24,000 nucleotides of DNA from an uncultured archaeon (GTDB taxonomy: Archaea > Asgardarchaeota > Thorarchaeia > Thorarchaeales > Thorarchaeaceae): contig CAZLEV010000023.1 in assembly GCA_964558645.1 (NCBI GenBank), positions 2,609 through 26,608 of the forward strand, given 5' to 3'. How positions within the stretch are numbered: position 1 is the stretch's first letter; every line of letters starts with the position of its first letter. This document shows positions 7,712 through 14,515 of this stretch, one piece after another. Position numbers and translations under genes: made by a program. The notes under the pieces are model-generated. The model had not been told where the DNA came from and did not search any database. It was given only the letters and a program-made list of their open reading frames with translations.

Positions 7712-8824
7712 TCATCCTCTCACTGTTTCAAGTCGCTCATCTAAAGGTTCGAAAACTGCTCCCAATTCAGACCTCAACCTCTGTGCCTCGAATAGGTCTT
7801 CATTTCGTGTGACGCTCAGTTGCAGGTACTCGTGAAGATACAATGCGAGCCTATCAATCACTATCGTATCCATATCATGGCTCACAAAAAGCTCTCGTAG
7901 AACCGCGAAGAATGTATGGTAGATAGGCAGCAGTAATGCATAGTTTCTGGGTTCAGGAACATAGCTATAGGGATTACGCTCGATATTCACGATTTGTTCT
8001 GGTGACCAGAGTACTAGCTTTCTGTCATAATACCAGCCCGCAATGGCCATGCCGACGTACATCGGTACAGACAACATCAGTATCCCTCGAAGCAAGTAAT
8101 CCAGCGGAACAAGGTCGCCGTAGGGGGTGGAAACCACGACATTCGGGTAAAGAAGTGTAACGAAGAGTGCTCCAAAGATAAGGACATCCTGGGCCAGCCC
8201 GGAAAAAGACTGGATATAATTGACCCTGAGGACCTCGAGCTGAAATCTCTTCTTTGCCTTGGCGCCTAGGCTTGCCTCTTTATTGGATGCCTTCCTTGGA
8301 CGATTGAACGGGTGTTGTTCAAGGAACTCCTCAGCGAGCTCTTCTGCTGAGAAGAGATCATCCTTATTCTCAGGATTCCTCCGGAAGAAATCATCCAAGT
8401 ACACACTGAGGTCCAGTATGGTCTCAGCCGGTAGGTTCAGCTTCTTGAACAACCTGTGCAGTGTGTCAAAGATAACATAGGCTGCGGGATAGTCGATTGC
8501 TAGCGCTCTGAAATCCGGCACATATGAGTAAGGGTTCCGCTCCAGTCCCACCTGCACCGACTCTTTCCATAGTCGGGCTCTCTCGTCGTACGCCCAGCCA
8601 ATGATAAGAAACACAAAGATCAGAATCACCGCTAATACCAACGCACCGATTAGACCCAGCGAGTCTAGTATTGGGACATATGGTGAGTAGAATCTTCCAA
8701 GTGTCAGCATGCCGAAAGCGAGGGCTAGAAGAGTCCTGATACTGCCAATGCGCCAATATTGTTTCATCAGCCACTTAGATTTCGTCAACCGGCGACCGCC
8801 TCTGTCTTGCTTCGATGAAGTCAT
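7712..8824 (-). CDS. Uncharacterised membrane protein: a tandem fusion of two 2-TM 'ERNPYSYVP' modules.
   Basis: The longest ORF runs to 8953, but I prefer ATG 8824-8822 (MTSSKQDRGGRRLTKSKWLMKQYWRIG). This N-terminus aligns with the paralogue's MGLRKWLMKQQWRLVQIRG, and it removes the overlap with the divergent GT2. It contains 4 predicted TM helices and two copies of G-W-x-YD-x5-W-x9-ERNPYSYVP. Confidence 0.7.
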   Translation of the reverse strand: MTSSKQDRGGRRLTKSKWLMKQYWRIGSIRTLLALAFGMLTLGRFYSPYVPILDSLGLIGALVLAVILIFVFLIIGWAYDERARLWKESVQVGLERNPYSYVPDFRALAIDYPAAYVIFDTLHRLFKKLNLPAETILDLSVYLDDFFRRNPENKDDLFSAEELAEEFLEQHPFNRPRKASNKEASLGAKAKKRFQLEVLRVNYIQSFSGLAQDVLIFGALFVTLLYPNVVVSTPYGDLVPLDYLLRGILMLSVPMYVGMAIAGWYYDRKLVLWSPEQIVNIERNPYSYVPEPRNYALLLPIYHTFFAVLRELFVSHDMDTIVIDRLALYLHEYLQLSVTRNEDLFEAQRLRSELGAVFEPLDERLETVRG

Positions 8825-8870
8825 AATATAACGCTTCCCACGATTCAGCGGTTGTCCCTCCATAGAGAAC

Positions 8871-8880
8871 CGATTATAAG
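8871..8880. promoter_or_regulatory. Near-palindromic TATA-like box (CGATTATAAG) in the divergent intergenic region.
   Basis: It lies about 35 nt upstream of ATG 8912 (+) and about 50 nt upstream of ATG 8824 (-). GGAGGT at 8893-8898 on the plus strand and GGAGGGA on the minus strand are RBS-like. No transcript data are available. Confidence 0.3.
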
Positions 8881-8911
8881 GCACGAGTTCAGGGAGGTAG
8901 ACGAGCACTCT

Positions 8912-9859
8912 ATGACAGGTGACACCCAGAGCGATGCATATGTCCCTTTCCATGAGTACTGCAGATACTGCACTACCCGTTGTACTGCACCCCCATCGAC
9001 TTCATCTCAATACGTGTTGGTCACTAACGTATGGAATGAGGAACCAAGGATAGAGCGGGCCTTCGAGTGGATGATGCACCAATCACGAAAACCCTTGGTC
9101 TGGCTGTGGATTGACGACGGGTCTACAGACGGCACATACGAGGAAATCAAGCACCTGTCAGAAGAACACCCCGAACTCAAGGTTTGGGTTGAGCGTATGC
9201 CCATGAAAGAACAGGGCAATCTCAATACAATCGGAAATGCTTACACAGAACACATGCCCGGTTTCATCAAGAGGCTAAGGGGGCAGAGCGTAGACTATTA
9301 TGCAATCCAAGATGTCGGCACGCAGCCATGTCCCAACTACTATGCCCGTATCATGCATCTGATGGATGAGCATCCAGAGATTGGAGCGTCGTCAGGCTAT
9401 GTCATTGGAGAGGAGCGGGCACGAGAATCCGGCATGCCCATGGGAGACTGTAAGGTGACTCGCTGGGAGATTATTCGTGAGATTGAGGAATATTGGCCTC
9501 TATCCCCTGACACCTTCGTGAATATCAAGACGCTCAAGAGAGGATGCCGCTTGAAGATCTGGGCCATCCCTGTTTTTCAAGATGAGCCCTCCTTCGGCAC
9601 CACTGCACGGGGTATGTTCTATCAGGGTCAACTGAACTACTTCGTGGGCAGACCCTTTCTTGGTGTTCTACTCAGGGCTCTCCGCAGATTATTTCTTCGT
9701 CGACATGGGACTGATATGCTCAGGGGGTATCTCTACGAACGGGAGAAGCAGACATGGCGGTGCGAGGATCCTGATGTGCTTGAGTTCTATGGCCACGGAC
9801 AATCACCTCTGTGGGTAATATGGAACTTGCTCAAAACACGTGGCCGCTATTCTGATTAG
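8912..9859 (+). CDS. Glycosyltransferase family 2 (divergent).
   Basis: 'YVLVTNVWNEEPRIERAFEWMMHQSRKPLVWLWIDDGSTDGTYEEIKHL' matches the GT2 N-terminal 'v.iP.yNEe..i......l.Q......i.vvDDGStD.T' signature. The longest ORF starts at 8852. ATG 8912 is preferred because of the upstream TATA/RBS-like elements. A GTG or TTG start near 9012 is also possible. Confidence 0.7.
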   Translation: MTGDTQSDAYVPFHEYCRYCTTRCTAPPSTSSQYVLVTNVWNEEPRIERAFEWMMHQSRKPLVWLWIDDGSTDGTYEEIKHLSEEHPELKVWVERMPMKEQGNLNTIGNAYTEHMPGFIKRLRGQSVDYYAIQDVGTQPCPNYYARIMHLMDEHPEIGASSGYVIGEERARESGMPMGDCKVTRWEIIREIEEYWPLSPDTFVNIKTLKRGCRLKIWAIPVFQDEPSFGTTARGMFYQGQLNYFVGRPFLGVLLRALRRLFLRRHGTDMLRGYLYEREKQTWRCEDPDVLEFYGHGQSPLWVIWNLLKTRGRYSD

Positions 9860-10166
9860 TGCAAATACCATGTTTCACTTCATCAGGCGGTAGAGCAGGA
9901 CTTGTAGACAAGCAGTACATTCTGTGGGTCCTAGAGACTCCAGTTCAGGATTATCGGTTACCTATAGACTCGTAAGAGCGATACTTTCAATGGAGGTGTT
10001 ATTGCTCCACTCTGGGATACACCCTTCATCTTCTCTTTCTTTTCCTGAGCGCTTCAGCGACCGTTACCCGTGAGCTGGTTGCACAATTGGCACACTACGT
10101 TGTCTGAATGCCCAATTAACGCACTTCTAAATCTCGGGAGAACAAACAAGATGGTGGTTTCGGGCT

Positions 10167-10197
10167 TCTCTGGGAGGGTTTGAAACCTCCCGAGAGA
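10167..10197 (-). terminator. Hairpin 20-50 nt downstream of the nfeD-like stop; candidate terminator.
   Basis: TCTCTGGGAGGGTTT-G-AAACCTCCCGAGAGA forms a stem with one bulged G. On the minus-strand transcript it is followed by a moderately T-rich run (CTTGTTTGTTCT). Confidence 0.35.
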
Positions 10198-10217
10198 GAT
10201 GAAGTCTTAATCGCTGA

Positions 10218-10715
10218 CTAGTTATCAAACGGAACTTCAGGTTCAACGAGGAGAACCAGCCCGCTCTTTCCATGAACTCGAACACGTTGCCCTGCCTCGA
10301 CTATCGGCCCTGTGGTCTTCGCCCGCCAATACTCTCCACGGTACTGCACATACCCCTCTTGCGTCGGTCCCAGCCGATCCATCGTTCGGCCGACGCCGCC
10401 GATGAAGTCAAGGTTCATGGGTGGTTGCTCCTTCACCTGTGAGATCTTGTACAGCAAGAACAACGAGAAACACGAGAAGATTGCTGTCACCGCCACAAGC
10501 ACCAGAGACAGTCCTGGCAGCCATACCGGTGGAGTGGGCCAGACCAAGGGCGTCACCATGAACCATAGAGCGGTTCCTGTGATCAGAAAGAAGACGGCAG
10601 CTGGCCCGAAGCACTCTGCCTCTTCTGACACAAGCTCTGCCACCACCAACGCCAGACCCAGCGCTATGAGTGTGATTGCAGTGAACGCCCACCCGATTCC
10701 AAGCACTTGCATCAT
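10218..10715 (-). CDS. NfeD-family membrane protein (short form with a C-terminal OB-fold domain).
   Basis: Three or four N-terminal TM helices are followed by 'GYVQYRGEYWRAKTTGPIVEAGQRVRVHGKSGLVLLVEP', the NfeD C-terminal beta-barrel signature. It lies 15 nt downstream of a stomatin gene, which is the classical pairing. Confidence 0.85.
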   Translation of the reverse strand: MMQVLGIGWAFTAITLIALGLALVVAELVSEEAECFGPAAVFFLITGTALWFMVTPLVWPTPPVWLPGLSLVLVAVTAIFSCFSLFLLYKISQVKEQPPMNLDFIGGVGRTMDRLGPTQEGYVQYRGEYWRAKTTGPIVEAGQRVRVHGKSGLVLLVEPEVPFDN

Positions 10716-10730
10716 CTTTCTTCCTCCTTT

Positions 10731-11537
10731 CTAGCCCGTGTCCCTTTTCTGTCTCTTTGCCGCCTCGGCTACGGCGAACATGTGTCCAATCTCTTCGGCG
10801 TTCCCGGTGGTAGTGACCACTACCAGGTTCTTCTCTCGCGCAATCTCTTGAAGAGTCTGCAACTCTCGAATCTTTAGAGTGATTGGGCTTGCAGCGTACA
10901 TCTCTGCCGCCTTGACCATCTTCTCTGCCGCCATGTACTCTCCCTCGGCAATGATGATGCGGGCTCGACGTTCTCGTTCAGCCTCAGCCTGCTTTGCTAT
11001 GGCTCGCTGCATCTCTGTAGGCAGAATGACGTCACTGATGGCCACATCGCTCACTTTGATCCCCCAGTGGTCTGTCTTCTCATCGATCTCCTCTTGGATT
11101 CTGAGTGTCAAGTCCTGTGTGCGGGTCAGGAGGTCGTCCAAGTCCACTGTGCCAAGAACGTCTCGTAGAACAGTCTTGGCTAGATTCCGGATTGCGGAGA
11201 TGTAGTTCTCAATCTCCAGTACAGCAAGCTTCGGATCCACAACTCGATAGAAGACGAATGAGTCCACATCACATCTGATGTTGTCTTTCGTGATCACTTT
11301 GATTGTGCGTGCGTCGTATGTCACTGTGCGCAGGTCCACCACCTGTAGTTTGTCAAGTCCGGGGATGATTAGAAACAATCCTGGTCCCTTTATTCCAACA
11401 AATCTACCCATGCGGAATATCACCGCTCGCTCGTATTCCTTAACAATCCGTACGGACATCGCGATGAGCAGGATGACGAGAAATCCGATGAAAAACAGTC
11501 CCATGGTTATGTAGAATGGCAGCGCTTCTATTTGCAT
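10731..11537 (-). CDS. SPFH/Band-7 protein (stomatin/prohibitin homologue).
   Basis: An N-terminal TM helix precedes 'VKEYERAVIFRMGRFVGIKGPGLFLIIPGLDKLQVVDLR...' and 'AEAERERRARIIIAEGE', which are canonical stomatin-family blocks. Confidence 0.9.
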   Translation of the reverse strand: MQIEALPFYITMGLFFIGFLVILLIAMSVRIVKEYERAVIFRMGRFVGIKGPGLFLIIPGLDKLQVVDLRTVTYDARTIKVITKDNIRCDVDSFVFYRVVDPKLAVLEIENYISAIRNLAKTVLRDVLGTVDLDDLLTRTQDLTLRIQEEIDEKTDHWGIKVSDVAISDVILPTEMQRAIAKQAEAERERRARIIIAEGEYMAAEKMVKAAEMYAASPITLKIRELQTLQEIAREKNLVVVTTTGNAEEIGHMFAVAEAAKRQKRDTG

Positions 11538-11707
11538 TTTGATACTCCCGTCTTATCATACACGCGAAATCCTATAAACTATTCTTCGAATTTTCCACGA
11601 ATCGCGCAGCAGTCAAGCATATTTGTTCCCCGGAGATTCCTATAGCTCACTCTCATTTTTGATGTAGCAGAACTCCCCGTTGTGCCGCGGATGTAGTCAG
11701 TATTCAT

Positions 11708-12172
11708 CTATATCGGAAGATTGGGAGTCTCTTTCACTCGTCTGAATACAGAGATGGTCTTTGTCTTTGTTATACCCTCAACGTTTCTCAGCCGTCTTAT
11801 CACGAAGTTGCCGACATCTTCGATGCTCCGAGATCTTATCTTCAGTAACAGGTCCCAGTCCCCAGCGATGATGTAGACTTCAGATATCTCTGGAAACTCG
11901 GACAGTCTCTCAGCCACGACCTCTTGGGAGAACTCAGAGCCGGGAGGATATCCCACAGACACCAGCACGAGAGCTGTAGTTGGCAGCCCCACTTCGGTCT
12001 CGTTCAGTATTGCCGTATAGCCCTTGATTATGCCTCGTTCCTCCATGCGTTTCACCTTATCGTAGGCAGTGGTTGCAGGGATGCCGAGTGTTTTTGCAAT
12101 CTTTGTGATCGGTTGTCTACAGTCCTGTTGCAGCAACCGCAGGAGTTTCAGGTCGGTTTCGCTGAGTTCCAT
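11708..12172 (-). CDS. Lrp/AsnC-family transcriptional regulator.
   Basis: 'MELSETDLKLLRLLQQDCRQPITKIAKTLGIPATTAYDKVKRMEERGIIKGYTAIL' is the HTH_AsnC motif and is followed by a RAM domain. ATG 12172-12170 gives the normal length of 154 aa. The 208-aa ORF-track version adds an implausible N-terminal extension that overlaps the divergent gene. Confidence 0.85.
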   Translation of the reverse strand: MELSETDLKLLRLLQQDCRQPITKIAKTLGIPATTAYDKVKRMEERGIIKGYTAILNETEVGLPTTALVLVSVGYPPGSEFSQEVVAERLSEFPEISEVYIIAGDWDLLLKIRSRSIEDVGNFVIRRLRNVEGITKTKTISVFRRVKETPNLPI

Positions 12173-12183
12173 GACAACCGTAT

Positions 12184-12232
12184 TAATTACGCCATTGCAG
12201 ATAATATTTGTGCTAATTACGGAACCATTACG
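12184..12232. promoter_or_regulatory. Repeated TAATTACG boxes in the divergent Lrp/asparagine-synthetase intergenic region; candidate operator sites.
   Basis: TAATTACG occurs at 12184-12191 and 12214-12221, exactly 30 bp apart. A third partial copy, ATTACG, is at 12227-12232. A TATA-like GTTATAATT is at 12248-12256. GGAG at 12308-12311 precedes ATG 12318. Confidence 0.3.
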
Positions 12233-12317
12233 ATTATCTCGTGGTAAGTTATAATTGCCTTCCGCTCTGCTTGTAGTCAGGTGAACAGAATGACGAAGGC
12301 GAGATACGGAGCGGACT

Positions 12318-13292
12318 ATGAAAACCTTCAGCACTGCTCATATTGAAGACTATCTAGCTGTAAGGTCTGAGCGGGCCAAAGCCATGCTCAAGGTACAGCA
12401 CAGCGTGATGTCAGGCATCAGGTCGTTTCTCGAAGACCGTGGTTTTGTTGAAGTTGCGCCAGTGATACTCAGCCCTGTGACCGACCCGGGAATCCGAGGC
12501 GCAGAAACGGCGTCCGTCGACTTCTATGGTACGAAGTATCGACTCACAACGAGTATGATACTGCAGAAGCAGATGCTTGTTTCGGCTCTCGATAAGATCT
12601 TCATCTTCTCTCCATGCATCCGTCTAGAGAAACATCTCACAAAGCGACATCTTGCTGAGTTTCTGCAGGTTGATGTAGAGGTCGCACACGGTTCCCGCGA
12701 TGAAATTATGACTCTGGCTGAGAACCTTGTTGCCGCCGCAATCAGGAGTGTCAAGAAGACCTCTGCTTCTGAACTCGAAATACTGAACAGAAGAATCAAG
12801 GTACCAAGGACTCCTTTCAAGAGGATCAGACATCAGGAGGCAGTGACTATGGCAAGAGAGCTGAGCTGCCCTAGCGACGTCGAAGGTGAGTTGTCCTTTG
12901 AGGCTGAGACTGCGCTTTCCTTGCAGCACGGAGAACCGCTGTGGATTGTGGACTACCCGGTTGAAGCGAGAGGTTTCTACTACAGGAGCCATCCGGGCAA
13001 TCCGGGAGAACTCAGGGACTTCGACCTCATCTTCCCTGAGGGGTTTGGCGAAGGGATTTCTGGCGGCGAGCGGGAACACCGATATGAAGTCGCTCTTCAG
13101 AGAATCAGACAGAAGGGACTCGCCCCTCGTGACTACGGCTGGTACCTCAATATGCTTCATGAGGGCATACCTCCCTCGGCCGGCTTCGGAATAGGTCTGG
13201 AGAGGTTGACTAGGTATGTCTGCGGGCTGGATGATATTTCGGAGGCTACCGCCTTTCCAAGAAGGCCCGCAGCTATGAACCATCGCGATTGA
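12318..13292 (+). CDS. Archaeal-type asparagine synthetase A: a class II aaRS (AsnRS/AspRS-like) catalytic core without an anticodon-binding domain.
   Basis: Class II motifs are present. Motif 1 region: 'IRSFLEDRGFVEVAPVILSP'. Motif 2: 'FSPCIRLE'. Motif 3: 'GFGIGLERLTRYV'. The protein starts directly at the catalytic domain with no N-terminal OB fold, at 324 aa. This matches the AsnRS-paralogue asparagine synthetases described in Pyrococcus. Confidence 0.75.
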   Translation: MKTFSTAHIEDYLAVRSERAKAMLKVQHSVMSGIRSFLEDRGFVEVAPVILSPVTDPGIRGAETASVDFYGTKYRLTTSMILQKQMLVSALDKIFIFSPCIRLEKHLTKRHLAEFLQVDVEVAHGSRDEIMTLAENLVAAAIRSVKKTSASELEILNRRIKVPRTPFKRIRHQEAVTMARELSCPSDVEGELSFEAETALSLQHGEPLWIVDYPVEARGFYYRSHPGNPGELRDFDLIFPEGFGEGISGGEREHRYEVALQRIRQKGLAPRDYGWYLNMLHEGIPPSAGFGIGLERLTRYVCGLDDISEATAFPRRPAAMNHRD

Positions 13293-13422
13293 AATGAATC
13301 GTCAGATGCTTGGAAGGTTGCTCGGTATTGTGATGATTGAAGGTATCAGCATCGTATCATACATAGTATGAAGGAGTCTCTACTGCTCCCTAGAAGAATA
13401 CTCCGGACCAGACAACACGCCA

Positions 13423-14436
13423 TCAGTATGGCGATCTCATGAGGGACGGAAGAACCTGTGGCACTGACAGGAACAGTCCAATAAGTCGATGTCCGATTTT
13501 GTATGCGAGAGATTCATTGTCGGGGAGAATCAGGTCTGCAATCCTTCCTCCCTTGAAGAAGTAACTCTGCCCTGGAATCAGCCGCCCCTCCAGAATTGGT
13601 GCGGCGAAGATCTCAGTGAGGCGGAGGATGAGCGTTCTGACCACCCGTTGTCTTACCTGTCGTGCAAGGCGTCGTGCCCGCAGCAGCAACGACATGATCT
13701 TCTTTGCCCTGAGCGTTGCGTATCCTGCGTCTAGGATGCGGTCAAGGAAACATCTATCGTCGGGACCGAGCCCGACGCCGAGAGCATCCATCTCCTCCCT
13801 GGTCACATTGATATAGCCCGCATCGTAGTCGTTCTTGATATCCAGCAGGTCATCGAGCATGCCTAGTCCCATGCCAAGTGTGTATGAAAGCTCGTCAATA
13901 CAGCCACCCAAGTCGTAGTCTGACAGGATGAAATAGAGTTTGAAGAACGACCTCGCCTTCTTGTAGAGAAGCCTATCCATATCACTCTGTGACATGAGAA
14001 CTCCCTTTCTCTCTACGTCACCCCACGCACTCTGGTAGAGATCCATGACCACCTCAATTGCCTCGCCACCATAGAATTCTCTCTCGTTCTCGAAGAACTG
14101 AGAGAGCCATCTGTGCCGCAGTGGTGCTGTCCTGTCAAGCTGGAGGTCTCCCGCAAGACCCCTCTCCACCACATTTCTCTCGCCTTCCAGCATCGCGACG
14201 GCTTGCGCCTTGGTCAGTCCGGGGGCATCGAGCATATCATCAAAATTACGGATGTAGCCCCATGCTAGCGACCATGTTTCTGAGCCTAGAGGTTCAGGGA
14301 CAAGCTGTGATGCATAGGTCAAGAAGTCTCGTTGTCGCAGATAGCTTCGTGCCAGATTCACTGTCGACGTGTAAACAGAAGATGCTCGTAAGGCGGGAAT
14401 TTTGTCTTGCATGGGATGTCCATGTAAGGTATTCAC
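13423..14436 (-). CDS. Squalene/phytoene synthase family (head-to-head isoprenyl diphosphate condensing enzyme).
   Basis: Two Asp-rich motifs are correctly spaced: 'YIRNFDDMLDAPG' and 'GMLDDLLDIKNDYDAGYINVTREEM'. Confidence 0.75.
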   Translation of the reverse strand: MNTLHGHPMQDKIPALRASSVYTSTVNLARSYLRQRDFLTYASQLVPEPLGSETWSLAWGYIRNFDDMLDAPGLTKAQAVAMLEGERNVVERGLAGDLQLDRTAPLRHRWLSQFFENEREFYGGEAIEVVMDLYQSAWGDVERKGVLMSQSDMDRLLYKKARSFFKLYFILSDYDLGGCIDELSYTLGMGLGMLDDLLDIKNDYDAGYINVTREEMDALGVGLGPDDRCFLDRILDAGYATLRAKKIMSLLLRARRLARQVRQRVVRTLILRLTEIFAAPILEGRLIPGQSYFFKGGRIADLILPDNESLAYKIGHRLIGLFLSVPQVLPSLMRSPY

Positions 14437-14515
14437 TCAAGGTCATTTGTACCTTCCCCTAGGTATAAGATTCATCGGAACTATCGTGGGAGTGAAGAAA
14501 GGGGCGACAAGCGTT

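Noticed and set aside
9860-9900. A possible C/D-box sRNA, with UGAUGA on the minus strand near 9880-9890.
   Set aside because: No appropriately spaced D box (CUGA), terminal stem or C'/D' pair could be found. A single 6-mer is expected by chance.
10218-11537. The SPFH (stomatin) plus NfeD pair as a candidate novel or defence-type system.
   Set aside because: This is the well-known, widespread stomatin-NfeD operon. Both proteins are of ordinary length and architecture (short NfeD without a protease domain). No nuclease, NTPase or other effector gene is attached.
12173-12334. N-terminal extensions of the maximal ORFs: Lrp/AsnC to 12334, pyruvate kinase to 18375, the tandem-module gene to 8953, and the HxlR gene to 16578.
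   Set aside because: The extensions lack similarity to the family N-termini. They create head-to-head overlaps with divergent genes. Internal ATGs give canonical protein lengths.
12624-13283. A 219-aa ORF antisense to the asparagine-synthetase-like gene. Similar long antisense ORFs occur at 18476..19063 (opposite eno), 20033..20545 and 20190..20741 (opposite apgM), 3664..4068 and 3851..4174 (opposite GT4), and 17636..18112 (opposite pyk).
   Set aside because: Each lies entirely within a gene that has unmistakable family motifs on the other strand. Their translations are Ser/Arg/Cys/Pro-rich, low-complexity and motif-free, which is typical of shadow ORFs.
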